Positions 11,801 through 26,354 of a DNA stretch of 64,000 bases are shown one piece after another. The position numbers were made by a program, and so were the translations under genes. This DNA is from Eledone cirrhosa. Lineage: Eukaryota. The notes below the pieces were generated by a model. It made no database searches. It was not told the DNA's origin and worked only from the letters and a program-made list of their open reading frames with translations. Position 1 is the stretch's first letter. Each line of letters starts with the position of its first letter. The stretch is taken from NCBI GenBank assembly GCA_964016885.1, contig OZ024740.1, positions 13,888,001-13,952,000 of the forward strand, in the 5' to 3' direction.

Positions 11801-14800
11801 CAGCCGGAGTAAGGTGTTTTAAAACTGTGTATCACTGGTATACAGCCGGAGTAAGGTGTTTTAAAACTGTGTATCACTGGTATACAGCCGGAGTAAGGTG
11901 TTTTAAAACTGTGTATTACAGGTATACAGCCAGAGTACAGTGTTTTAAAACCGTGTATCACTGGTATACAACCGGAGTAAGATGTTTTAAAACTGTGTAT
12001 CACTGGTATACAGCCAGAGTACGGTGTTTTAAAACCGTGTATCACTGGTATACAGCCAGAGTACGGTGTTTTAAAACTGTGTATCACTGGTATACAGCCG
12101 GAGTAAGGTGTTTTAAAACTGTGTATTACAGGTATACAGCCGGAGTAAGGTGTTTTAAAACTGTGTATTACTGGTATACAGCCGGAGTAAGGTGTTTTAA
12201 AACTGTGTATTACTGGTATACAGCCGGAGTAAGGTGTTCTAAAACTGTGTATTACTGGTATACAGCCGGAGTAAGGTGTTTTAAAACTGTGTATTACAGG
12301 TATACAGCCGGAGTAAGGTGTTTTAAAACTGTGTATTTCAGGTATACAGCCGGAGTAAGGTGTTTTAAAACTGTGTATTACTGGTATACAGTCGGAGTAA
12401 GGTGTTTTAAAACTGTGTATTACAGGTATACAGCCGAAGTAAGGTGTTTTAAAACTGTATATCACTGGTATACAGCCGGAGTTAGGTGTTTTAAAACTGT
12501 GCATTACAGGTATACAGCCGGAGTAAGGTGTTTTAAAACTGTGTATCACTGGTATACAGCCGGAGTAAGGTGTTTTAAAACTGTGTATTACTGGTATACA
12601 GCCGGAGTAAGGTGTTTTAAAACGGTGTATCACTGGTATACAGCCGGAGTAAGGTGTTTTAAAACTGTGTATCACTGGTATACAGCCAGAGTACGGTGTT
12701 TTAAAACTGTGTATCACTGGTATACAGCCGGAGTAAGGTGTTTTAAAACCGTGTATCACTGGTATACAGCCGGAGTAAGGTGTTTTAAAACTGTGAATTA
12801 CTGGTATACAGCCTGAGTAAGGTGTTTTAAAACCGTGTATTACAGGTATACAGCCAGAGTAAGGCGTTTTAAATTGTATATTACTGGTATACAGCCGGAG
12901 TAAGGTGTTTTTAAACTGTATCACTGGTATACAGCCAAAGATATTTTAAAACTGTGTATTACAGGTATACAGCCGGAGTAAGTTGTTTTAAAACTGTGTA
13001 TTACTGTTATACAGCTAAAGATGTTTTAAAACCGTGTATCACTGGTATACAACCGGAGTAAGGTGTTTTAAAACTGTGTATTACTGGTATACAGCCGGAG
13101 TAAGGTGTTTTAAAACCGTGTATTACTGGTATACAGCCGGAGTAAGGTGTTTTAAAACCGTGTATCACTGGTATACAGCCAAATATGTTTTAAAAGCGTG
13201 TATCACTGGTATACAGCCGGAGTAAGGTGTTTTAAAACTGTGTATCACTGGTATACAGCCAGAGTACGGTGTTTTAGAACTGTGTATCAATGGTATACAG
13301 CCAGAGTAAGATGTTTTAAAACCGTGTATCACTGGTATACAGCCAGAGTACGGTGTTTTAGAACTGTGTATCACTGGTATACAGCCGGAGTAAGGTGTTT
13401 TAAAACCGTGTATCACTGGTATACAGCCAGAGTACGGTGTTTTAGAACTGTGTATAACTGGTATACAGCCAGAGTACGGTGTTTTAGAACTGTGTATCAC
13501 TGGTATACAGCCGGAGTAAGGTGTTTTAAAACTGTGTATCACTGGTATACAGCCGGAGTAAGGTGTTTTAAAACTGTGTATTACTGGTATACAGCCGGAG
13601 TAAGGTGTTTTAAAAATGTGTATCACTGGTATACAGCCGGAGTAAGGTGTTTTAAAACTGTGTATCACTGGTATACAGCCAGAGTACGGTGTTTTAAAAC
13701 TGTGTATTACAGGTATACAGCCGGAGTAAGGTGTTTTAAAACTGTGTATTACACGTATACAGCCGGAGTAAAATGTTTTAAAACTGTGTATTACAGGTAT
13801 ACAGCCAGAGTACAGTGTTTTAAAACCGTGTATCAATGGTATACAGCCGGAGTAAGATGTTTTAAAACTGTGTATCACTGGTATACAGCCAGAGTACGGT
13901 GTTTTAAAACCGTGTATCACTGGTATACAGCCAGAGTACGGTGTTTTAAAACTGTGTATCACTGGTATACAGCCGGAGTAAGGTGTTTTAAAACTGTGTA
14001 TTACAGGTATACAGCCGGAGTAAGGTGTTTTAAAACTGTGTATTACTGGTATACAGCCGGAGTAAGGTGTTTTAAAACTGTGTATTACTGGTATACAGCC
14101 GGAGTAAGGTGTTCTAAAACTGTGTATTACTGGTATACAGCCGGAGTAAGGTGTTTTAAAACTGTGTATTACAGGTATACAGCCGGAGTAAGGTGTTTTA
14201 AAACTGTGTATTTCAGGTATACAGCCGGAGTAAGGTGTTTTAAAACTGTGTATTACTGGTATACAGCCGGAGTAAGGTGTTTTAAAACTGTGTATTGCAG
14301 GTATACAGCCGGAGTAAGGTGTTTTAAAACTGTGTATCACTGGTATACAGCCGGAGTTAGGTGTTTTAAAACTGTGCATTACAGGTATACAGCCGGAGTA
14401 AGGTGTTTTAAAACTGTGTATCACTGGTATACAGCCGGAGTTAGGTGTTTTAAAACTGTGCATTACAGGTATACAGCCGGAGTAAGGTGTTTTAAAACTG
14501 TGTATCACTGGTATACAGCCGGAGTAAGGTGTTTTAAAACTGTGTATTACTGGTATACAGCCGGAGTAAGGTGTTTTAAAACGGTGTATCACTGGTATAC
14601 AGCCGGAGTAAGGTGTTTTAAAACTGTGTATCACTGGTATACAGCCAGAGTACGGTGTTTTAAAACTGTGTATCACTGGTATACAGCCGGAGTAAGGTGT
14701 TTTAAAACCGTGTATCACTGGTATACAGCCGGAGTAAGGTGTTTTAAAACTGTGAATTACTGGTATACAGCCTGAGTAAGGTGTTTTAATACAGCCAGAG

Positions 14801-16999
14801 TAAGGCGTTTTAAATTGTATATTACTGGTATACAGCCGGAGTAAGGCGTTTTAAAACTGAATCACTGGTATACAGCCAAAGATATTTTAAAACCGGGTTT
14901 CACTGGTATACAGCCAGAGTAACGTGTTTTAAAACTGTATCACTGGTATACAGCCAAAGATATTTTAAAACTGTGTATTACAGGTATACAGCCGGAGTAA
15001 GTTGTTTTAAAACTGTGTATTACTGTTATACAGCTAAAGATGTTTTAAAACCGTGTATCACTGGTATACAACCGGAGTAAGGTGTTTTAAAACTGTGTAT
15101 TACTGGTATACAGCCGGAGTAAGGTGTTTTAAAACCGTGTATTACTGGTATACAGCCGGAGTAAGGTGTTTTAAAACCGTGTATCACTGGTATACAGCCA
15201 AATATGTTTTAAAAGCGTGTATCACTGGTATACAGCCGGAGTAAGGTGTTTTAAAACTGTGTATCACTGGTATACAGCCAGAGTACGGTGTTTTAGAACT
15301 GTGTATCAATGGTATACAGCCAGAGTAAGATGTTTTAAAACCGTGTATCACTGGTATACAGCCAGAGTACGGTGTTTTAGAACTGTGTATCACTGGTATA
15401 CAGCCGGAGTAAGGTGTTTTAAAACCGTGTATCACTGGTATACAGCCAGAGTACGGTGTTTTAGAACTGTGTATAACTGGTATACAGCCAGAGTACGGTG
15501 TTTTAGAACTGTGTATCACTGGTATACAGCCGGAGTAAGGTGTTTTAAAACTGTGTATCACTGGTATACAGCCGGAGTAAGGTGTTTTAAAACTGTGTAT
15601 TACTGGTATACAGCCGGAGTAAGGTGTTTTAAAAATGTGTATCACTGGTATACAGCCAGAGTAAGGTGTTTTAAAACTGTGTATCACTGGTATACAGCCG
15701 GAGTAAGGTGTTTTAAAACTGTGTATCACTGGTATACAGCCGGAGTAAGGTGTTTTAAAACTGTGTATCACTGGTATACAGCCGGAGTAAGGTGTTTTAA
15801 AACTGTGTATTACAGGTATACAGCCAGAGTACAGTGTTTTAAAACCGTGTATCACTGGTATACAGCCGGAGTAAGATGTTTTAAAACTGTGTATCACTGG
15901 TATACAGACAGAGTACGGTGTTTTAAAACCGTGTATCACTGGTATACAGCCAGAGTACGGTGTTTTAAAACTGTGTATCACTGGTATACAGCCGGAGTAA
16001 GGTGTTTTAAAACTGTGTATTACAGGTATACAACCGGAGTAAGGTGTTTTAAAACTGTGTATTACTGGTATACAGCCGGAGTAAGGTGTTTTAAAACTGT
16101 GTATTACTGGTATACAGCCGGAGTAAGGTGTTCTAAAACTGTGTATTACTGGTATACAGCCGGAGTAAGGTGTTTTAAAACTGTGTATTACAGGTATACA
16201 GCCGGAGTAAGGTGTTTTAAAACTGTGTATTTCAGGTATACAGCCGGAGTAAGGTGTTTTAAAACTGTGTATTACTGGTATACAGCCGGAGTAAGGTGTT
16301 TTAAAACGGTGTATCACTGGTATACAGCCGGAGTAAGGTGTTTTAAAACTGTGTATCACTGGTATACAGCCAGAGTACGGTGTTTTAAAACTGTGTATCA
16401 CTGGTATACAGCCGGAGTAAGGTGTTTTAAAACCGTGTATCACTGGTATACAGCCGGAGTAAGGTGTTTTAAAACTGTGAATTACTGGTATACAGCCTGA
16501 GTAAGGTGTTTTAATACAGCCAGAGTAAGGCGTTTTAAATTGTATATTACTGGTATACAGCCGGAGTAAGGCGTTTTAAAACTGAATCACTGGTATACAG
16601 CCAAAGATATTTTAAAACCGGGTTTCACTGGTATACAGCCAGAGTAACGTGTTTTAAAACTGTATCACTGGTATACAGCCAAAGATATTTTAAAACTGTG
16701 TATTACAGGTATACAGCCGGAGTAAGTTGTTTTAAAACTGTGTATTACTGTTATACAGCTAAAGATGTTTTAAAACCGTGTATCACTGGTACACAGCCGG
16801 ATAAGGTGTTTTAAAACTGTGTATTACTGGTATACAGCTAAAGATGTTTTAAAACCGTGTATCACTGGTATACAACCGGAGTAAGGTGTTTTAAAACTGT
16901 GTATCACTGGTATACAGCCAGAGTACGGTGTTTTAAAACTGTGTATTACTGGTATACAGCCAGAGTACGGTGTTTTAAAACAGTGTATCACTGGTATAC

Positions 17000-19900
17000 A
17001 GCCGGAGTAAGGTGTTTTAAAACTGTGTATTACTGGTATACAGCCGGAGTAAGGTGTTTTAAAACCGTGTATTACTGGTATACAGCCGGAGTAAGGTGTT
17101 TTAAAACCGTGTATCACTGGTATACAGCCAAATATGTTTTAAAAGCGTGTATCACTGGTATACAGCCGGAGTAAGGTGTTTTAAAACTGTGTATCACTGG
17201 TATACAGCCAGAGTACGGTGTTTTAGAACTGTGTATCAATGGTATACAGCCAGAGTAAGATGTTTTAAAACCGTGTATCACTGGTATACAGCCAGAGTAC
17301 GGTGTTTTAGAACTGTGTATCACTGGTATACAGCCGGAGTAAGGTGTTTTAAAACCGTGTATCACTGGTATACAGCCAGAGTACGGTGTTTTAGAACTGT
17401 GTATAACTGGTATACAGCCAGAGTACGGTGTTTTAGAACTGTGTATCACTGGTATACAGCCGGAGTAAGGTGTTTTAAAACTGTGTATCACTGGTATACA
17501 GCCGGAGTAAGGTGTTTTAAAAATGTGTATCACTGGTATACAGCCAGAGTAAGGTGTTTTAAAACTGTGTATCACTGGTATACAGCCGGAGTAAGGTGTT
17601 TTAAAACTGTGTATCACTGGTATACAGCCGGAGTAAGGTGTTTTAAAACTGTGTATCACTGGTATACAGCCGGAGTAAGGTGTTTTAAAACTGTGTATTA
17701 CAGGTATACAGCCAGAGTACAGTGTTTTAAAACCGTGTATCACTGGTATACAGCCGGAGTAAGATGTTTTAAAACTGTGTATCACTGGTATACAGCCAGA
17801 GTACGGTGTTTAAAAACCGTGTATCACTGGTATACAGCCAGAGTACGGTGTTTTAAAACTGTGTATCACTGGTATACAGCCGGAGTAAGGTGTTTTAAAA
17901 CTGTGTATTACAGGTATACAGCCGGAGTAAGGTGTTTTAAAACTGTGTATTACTGGTATACAGCCGGAGTAAGGTGTTCTAAAACTGTGTATTACTGGTA
18001 TACAGCCGGAGTAAGGTGTTTTAAAACTGTGTATTACAGGTATACAGCCGGAGTAAGGTGTTTTAAAACTGTGTATTTCAGGTATACAGCCGGAGTAAGG
18101 TGTTTTAAAACTGTGTATTACTGGTATACAGCCGGAGTAAGGTGTTTTAAAACTGTGTATTGCAGGTATACAGCCGGAGTAAGGTGTTTTAAAACTGTGT
18201 ATCACTGGTATACAGCCGGAGTTAGGTGTTTTAAAACTGTGCATTACAGGTATACAGCCGGAGTAAGGTGTTTTAAAACTGTGTATCACTGGTATACAGC
18301 CGGAGTTAGGTGTTTTAAAACTGTGCATTACAGGTATACAGCCGGAGTAAGGTGTTTTAAAACTGTGTATCACTGGTATACAGCCGGAGTAAGGTGTTTT
18401 AAAACTGTGTATTACTGGTATACAGCCGGAGTAAGGTGTTTTAAAACGGTGTATCACTGGTATACAGCCGGAGTAAGGTGTTTTAAAACTGTGTATCACT
18501 GGTATACAGCCAGAGTACGGTGTTTTAAAACTGTGTATCACTGGTATACAGCCGGAGTAAGGTGTTTTAAAACCGTGTATCACTGGTATACAGCCGGAGT
18601 AAGGTGTTTTAAAACTGTGAATTACTGGTATACAGCCTGAGTAAGGTGTTTTAATACAGCCAGAGTAAGGCGTTTTAAATTGTATATTACTGGTATACAG
18701 CCGGAGTAAGGCGTTTTAAAACTGAATCACTGGTATACAGCCAAAGATATTTTAAAACCGGGTTTCACTGGTATACAGCCAGAGTAAGGTGTTTTAAAAC
18801 TGTATCACTGGTATACAGCCAAAGATATTTTAAAACTGTGTATTACAGGTATACAGCCGGAGTAAGTTGTTTTAAAACTGTGTATTACTGTTATACAGCT
18901 AAAGATGTTTTAAAACCGTGTATCACTGGTACACAGCCGGATAAGGTGTTTTAAAACTGTGTATTACTGGTATACAGCTAAAGATGTTTTAAAACCGTGT
19001 ATCACTGGTATACAACCGGAGTAAGGTGTTTTAAAACTGTGTATCACTGGTATACAGCCAGAGTACGGTGTTTTAAAACTGTGTATTACTGGTATACAGC
19101 CAGAGTACGGTGTTTTAAAACAGTGTATCACTGGTATACAGCCGGAGTAAGGTGTTTTAAAACTGTGTATTACTGGTATACAGCCGGAGTAAGGTGTTTT
19201 AAAACCGTGTATTACTGGTATACAGCCGGAGTAAGGTGTTTTAAAACCGTGTATCACTGGTATACAGCCAAATATGTTTTAAAAGCGTGTATCACTGGTA
19301 TACAGCCGGAGTAAGGTGTTTTAAAACTGTGTATCACTGGTATACAGCCAGAGCACGGTGTTTTAAAACTGTGTATCACTTGTATACAGCCAGAGTACGG
19401 TGTTTTAAAACTGTGTATTACTGGTATACAGCCAGAGTACGGTGTTTTAAAACAGTGTATCACTGGTATACAGCCGGAGTAAGGTGTTTTAAAACTGTGT
19501 ATTACTGGTATACAGCCGGAGTAAGGTGTTTTAAAACCGTGTATTACTGGTATACAGCCGGAGTAAGGTGTTTTAAAACCGTGTATCACTGGTATACAGC
19601 CAGAGTAAGGTGTTTTAAAACCGTGTATCACAGGTATACAGCCGGAGTAATGTGTTTTAAAACCGTGTATCGCTGGTATACAGCCAAAGATATTTTAAAA
19701 CTGTGTATTACTGGTATACAGCCAGAGTAATGTGTTTTAAAACTGTGTATCACTGGTATACAGCTAAAGATGTTTTAAAACCGTGTATCACTGGTATACA
19801 GCCAGAGTACGGTGTTTTAGAACTGTGTATCACTGGTATACAGCCGGAGTAAGGTGTTTTAAAACTGTGTATCACTGGTATACCGCCGGAGTAAGGTGTT

Positions 19901-22900
19901 TTAAAACTGTGTATTACTGGTATACAGCCGGAGTAAGGTGTTTTAAAAATGTGTATCACTGGTATACAGCCAGAGTAAGGTGTTTTAAAACTGTGTATTA
20001 CAGGTATACAGCCGGAGTAAAGTGTTTTAAAACTGTGTATCACTGGTATACAGCCGGAGTAAGGTGTTTTAAAACCGTGTATCACTGGTATACAGCCGGG
20101 GTAAGGTGTTTTAAAACTGTGTATTACTGGTATACAGCCGGAGTACGGTGTTTTAAAACTGTGTATTACTGGTATACAGCCGGAGTAAGGTGTTTTAAAA
20201 CTGTGTATTACTGGTATACAGCCGGAGTAAAGTGTTTTAAAACTGTGTATTACTGGTATACAGCCGGAGTAAGGTGTTTTAAAACTGTGTATTACAGGTA
20301 TACAGCCGGAGTAAGGTGTTTTAAAACTGTGTATTACTGGTATACAGCCAGAGTAAGGTGTTTTAAAACTGTGTATCACTGGTATACAGCCGGAGTAAGG
20401 TGTTTTAAAACTGTGTATCACTGGTATACAGCCGGAGTAAGGTGTTTTAAAACTGTGTATTACAGGTATACAGCCGGAGTAAGGTGTTTTAAAACTGTGT
20501 ATCACTGGTATACAGCCAGAGTAAGGTGTTTTAAAACTGTGTATCACTGGTATACAGCCGGAGTAAGGTGTTTTAAAACTGTGTATCACTGGTATACAGC
20601 CGGAGTAAGGTGTTTTAAAACTGTGTATTACAGGTATACAGCCAGAGTACAGTGTTTTAAAACCGTGTATCACTGGTATACAGCCGGAGTTAGGTGTTTT
20701 AAAACTGTGCATTACAGGTATACAGCCGGAGTAAGGTGTTTTAAAACCGTGTATCACTGGTATACAGCCAGAGTACGGTGTTTTAAAACTGTGTATCACT
20801 GGTTTACAGCCGGAGTAAGGTGTTTTAAAACCGTGTATCACTGGTATACAGCCGGAGTAAGGTGATTTAAAACTGTGAATTACTGGTATACAGCCAGAGT
20901 AAGGCGTTTTAAATTGTATATTACTGGTATACAGCTGGAGTAAGGTGTTTTAAAACTGTATCACTGGTATACAGCCAAAGATATTTTAAAACCGGGTTTC
21001 ACTGGTATACAGCCAGAGTAAGGTGTTTTAAAACTGTATCACTGGTATAAAGCCAAAGATATTTTAAAACTGTGTATTACAGGTATACAGCCGGAGTAAG
21101 TTGTTTTAAAACTGTGTATTACTGTTATACAGCTAAAGATGTTTTAAAACCGTGTATCACTGGTATACAGCCGGATAAGGTGTTTTAAAACTGTGTATTA
21201 CTGGTATACAGCTAAAGATGTTTTAAAACCGTGTATCACTGGTATACAACCGGAGTAAGGTGTTTTAAAACTGTGTATCACTGGTATACAGCCAGAGTAC
21301 GGTGTTTTAAAACTGTGTATTACTGGTATACAGCCGGAGTAAGGTGTTTTAAAACCGTGTATTAATGGTATACAGCCGGAGTAAGGTGTTTTAAAACCGT
21401 GTAACACTGGTATACAGCCAAATATGTTTTAAAAGCGTGTATCACTGGTATACAGCCGGAGTAAGGTGTTTTAAAACTGTGTATCACTGGTATACAGCCA
21501 GAGTACGGTGTTTTAAAACTGTGTATTACTGGTATACAGCCAGAGTACGGTGTTTTAAAACAGTGTATCACTGGAATACAGCCGGAGTAAGGTGTTTTAA
21601 AACTGTGTATTACTGGTATACAGCCGGAGTAAGGTGTTTTAAAACCGTGTATTACTGGTATACAGCCGGAGTAAGGTGTTTTAAAACCGTGTATCACTGG
21701 TATACAGCCAAATATGTTTTAAAAGCGTGTATCACTGGTATACAGCCGGAGTAAGGTGTTTTAAAACTGTGTATCACTGGTATACAGCCAGAGTACGGTG
21801 TTTTAGAACTGTGTATCAATGGTATACAGCCAGAGTAAGATGTTTTAAAACCGTGTATCACTGGTATACAGCCAGAGTACGGTGTTTTAGAACTGTGTAT
21901 CACTGGTATACAGCCGGAGTAAGGTGTTTTAAAACCGTGTATCACTGGTATACAGCCAGAGTACGGTGTTTTAGAACTGTGTATAACTGGTATACAGCCA
22001 GAGTACGGTGTTTTAGAACTGTGTATCACTGGTATACAGCCGGAGTAAGGTGTTTTAAAACTGTGTATCACTGGTATACAGCCGGAGTAAGGTGTTTTAA
22101 AAATGTGTATCACTGGTATACAGCCAGAGTAAGGTGTTTTAAAACTGTGTATCACTGGTATACAGCCGGAGTAAGGTGTTTTAAAACTGTGTATCACTGG
22201 TATACAGCCGGAGTAAGGTGTTTTAAAACTGTGTATCACTGGTATACAGCCGGAGTAAGGTGTTTTAAAACTGTGTATTACAGGTATACAGCCAGAGTAC
22301 AGTGTTTTAAAACCGTGTATCACTGGTATACAGCCGGAGTAAGATGTTTTAAAACTGTGTATCACTGGTATACAGCCAGAGTACGGTGTTTAAAAACCGT
22401 GTATCACTGGTATACAGCCAGAGTACGGTGTTTTAAAACTGTGTATCACTGGTATACAGCCGGAGTAAGGTGTTTTAAAACTGTGTATTACAGGTATACA
22501 GCCGGAGTAAGGTGTTTTAAAACTGTGTATTACTGGTATACAGCCGGAGTAAGGTGTTCTAAAACTGTGTATTACTGGTATACAGCCGGAGTAAGGTGTT
22601 TTAAAACTGTGTATTACAGGTATACAGCCGGAGTAAGGTGTTTTAAAACTGTGTATTTCAGGTATACAGCCGGAGTAAGGTGTTTTAAAACTGTGTATTA
22701 CTGGTATACAGCCGGAGTAAGGTGTTTTAAAACTGTGTATTGCAGGTATACAGCCGGAGTAAGGTGTTTTAAAACTGTGTATCACTGGTATACAGCCGGA
22801 GTTAGGTGTTTTAAAACTGTGCATTACAGGTATACAGCCGGAGTAAGGTGTTTTAAAACTGTGTATCACTGGTATACAGCCGGAGTTAGGTGTTTTAAAA

Positions 22901-25900
22901 CTGTGCATTACAGGTATACAGCCGGAGTAAGGTGTTTTAAAACTGTGTATCACTGGTATACAGCCGGAGTAAGGTGTTTTAAAACTGTGTATTACTGGTA
23001 TACAGCCGGAGTAAGGTGTTTTAAAACGGTGTATCACTGGTATACAGCCGGAGTAAGGTGTTTTAAAACTGTGTATCACTGGTATACAGCCAGAGTACGG
23101 TGTTTTAAAACTGTGTATCACTGGTATACAGCCGGAGTAAGGTGTTTTAAAACCGTGTATCACTGGTATACAGCCGGAGTAAGGTGTTTTAAAACTGTGA
23201 ATTACTGGTATACAGCCTGAGTAAGGTGTTTTAATACAGCCAGAGTAAGGCGTTTTAAATTGTATATTACTGGTATACAGCCGGAGTAAGGCGTTTTAAA
23301 ACTGAATCACTGGTATACAGCCAAAGATATTTTAAAACCGGGTTTCACTGGTATACAGCCAGAGTAAGGTGTTTTAAAACTGTATCACTGGTATACAGCC
23401 AAAGATATTTTAAAACTGTGTATTACAGGTATACAGCCGGAGTAAGTTGTTTTAAAACTGTGTATTACTGTTATACAGCTAAAGATGTTTTAAAACCGTG
23501 TATCACTGGTACACAGCCGGATAAGGTGTTTTAAAACTGTGTATTACTGGTATACAGCTAAAGATGTTTTAAAACCGTGTATCACTGGTATACAACCGGA
23601 GTAAGGTGTTTTAAAACTGTGTATCACTGGTATACAGCCAGAGTACGGTGTTTTAAAACTGTGTATTACTGGTATACAGCCAGAGTACGGTGTTTTAAAA
23701 CAGTGTATCACTGGTATACAGCCGGAGTAAGGTGTTTTAAAACTGTGTATTACTGGTATACAGCCGGAGTAAGGTGTTTTAAAACCGTGTATTACTGGTA
23801 TACAGCCGGAGTAAGGTGTTTTAAAACCGTGTATCACTGGTATACAGCCAAATATGTTTTAAAAGCGTGTATCACTGGTATACAGCCGGAGTAAGGTGTT
23901 TTAAAACTGTGTATCACTGGTATACAGCCAGAGCACGGTGTTTTAAAACTGTGTATCACTTGTATACAGCCAGAGTACGGTGTTTTAAAACTGTGTATTA
24001 CTGGTATACAGCCAGAGTACGGTGTTTTAAAACAGTGTATCACTGGTATACAGCCGGAGTAAGGTGTTTTAAAACTGTGTATTACTGGTATACAGCCGGA
24101 GTAAGGTGTTTTAAAACCGTGTATTACTGGTATACAGCCGGAGTAAGGTGTTTTAAAACCGTGTATCACTGGTATACAGCCAGAGTAAGGTGTTTTAAAA
24201 CCGTGTATCACAGGTATACAGCCGGAGTAATGTGTTTTAAAACCGTGTATCGCTGGTATACAGCCAAAGATATTTTAAAACTGTGTATTACTGGTATACA
24301 GCCAGAGTAATGTGTTTTAAAACTGTGTATCACTGGTATACAGCTAAAGATGTTTTAAAACCGTGTATCACTGGTATACAGCCAGAGTACGGTGTTTTAG
24401 AACTGTGTATCACTGGTATACAGCCGGAGTAAGGTGTTTTAAAACTGTGTATCACTGGTATACCGCCGGAGTAAGGTGTTTTAAAACTGTGTATTACTGG
24501 TATACAGCCGGAGTAAGGTGTTTTAAAAATGTGTATCACTGGTATACAGCCAGAGTAAGGTGTTTTAAAACTGTGTATTACAGGTATACAGCCGGAGTAA
24601 AGTGTTTTAAAACTGTGTATCACTGGTATACAGCCGGAGTAAGGTGTTTTAAAACCGTGTATCACTGGTATACAGCCGGGGTAAGGTGTTTTAAAACTGT
24701 GTATTACTGGTATACAGCCGGAGTACGGTGTTTTAAAACTGTGTATTACTGGTATACAGCCGGAGTAAGGTGTTTTAAAACTGTGTATTACTGGTATACA
24801 GCCGGAGTAAAGTGTTTTAAAACTGTGTATTACTGGTATACAGCCGGAGTAAGGTGTTTTAAAACTGTGTATTACAGGTATACAGCCGGAGTAAGGTGTT
24901 TTAAAACTGTGTATTACTGGTATACAGCCAGAGTAAGGTGTTTTAAAACTGTGTATCACTGGTATACAGCCGGAGTAAGGTGTTTTAAAACTGTGTATCA
25001 CTGGTATACAGCCGGAGTAAGGTGTTTTAAAACTGTGTATTACAGGTATACAGCCGGAGTAAGGTGTTTTAAAACTGTGTATCACTGGTATACAGCCAGA
25101 GTAAGGTGTTTTAAAACTGTGTATCACTGGTATACAGCCGGAGTAAGGTGTTTTAAAACTGTGTATCACTGGTATACAGCCGGAGTAAGGTGTTTTAAAA
25201 CTGTGTATTACAGGTATACAGCCAGAGTACAGTGTTTTAAAACCGTGTATCACTGGTATACAGCCGGAGTTAGGTGTTTTAAAACTGTGCATTACAGGTA
25301 TACAGCCGGAGTAAGGTGTTTTAAAACCGTGTATCACTGGTATACAGCCAGAGTACGGTGTTTTAAAACTGTGTATCACTGGTTTACAGCCGGAGTAAGG
25401 TGTTTTAAAACCGTGTATCACTGGTATACAGCCGGAGTAAGGTGATTTAAAACTGTGAATTACTGGTATACAGCCAGAGTAAGGCGTTTTAAATTGTATA
25501 TTACTGGTATACAGCTGGAGTAAGGTGTTTTAAAACTGTATCACTGGTATACAGCCAAAGATATTTTAAAACCGGGTTTCACTGGTATACAGCCAGAGTA
25601 AGGTGTTTTAAAACTGTATCACTGGTATAAAGCCAAAGATATTTTAAAACTGTGTATTACAGGTATACAGCCGGAGTAAGTTGTTTTAAAACTGTGTATT
25701 ACTGTTATACAGCTAAAGATGTTTTAAAACCGTGTATCACTGGTATACAGCCGGATAAGGTGTTTTAAAACTGTGTATTACTGGTATACAGCTAAAGATG
25801 TTTTAAAACCGTGTATCACTGGTATACAACCGGAGTAAGGTGTTTTAAAACTGTGTATCACTGGTATACAGCCAGAGTACGGTGTTTTAAAACTGTGTAT

Positions 25901-26354
25901 TACTGGTATACAGCCGGAGTAAGGTGTTTTAAAACCGTGTATTAATGGTATACAGCCGGAGTAAGGTGTTTTAAAACCGTGTAACACTGGTATACAGCCA
26001 AATATGTTTTAAAAGCGTGTATCACTGGTATACAGCCGGAGTAAGGTGTTTTAAAACTGTGTATCACTGGTATACAGCCAGAGTACGGTGTTTTAAAACT
26101 GTGTATTACTGGTATACAGCCAGAGTACGGTGTTTTAAAACAGTGTATCACTGGAATACAGCCGGAGTAAGGTGTTTTAAAACTGTGTATTACTGGTATA
26201 CAGCCGGAGTAAGGTGTTTTAAAACCGTGTATTACTGGTATACAGCCGGAGTAAGGTGTTTTAAAACCGTGTATCACTGGTATACAGCCAAATATGTTTT
26301 AAAAGCGTGTATCACTGGTATACAGCCGGAGTAAGGTGTTTTAAAACTGTGTAT
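17000..26354 (+). repeat. Tandem duplication with a 4,580-bp unit (~17,000-21,580 and ~21,580-26,354)
   Basis: Constant offset of 4,580 for 17114/21694, 17810/22390, 19254/23834, 19750/24330, 21198/25778 and 21437/26017, with identical translations. Confidence 0.92.
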
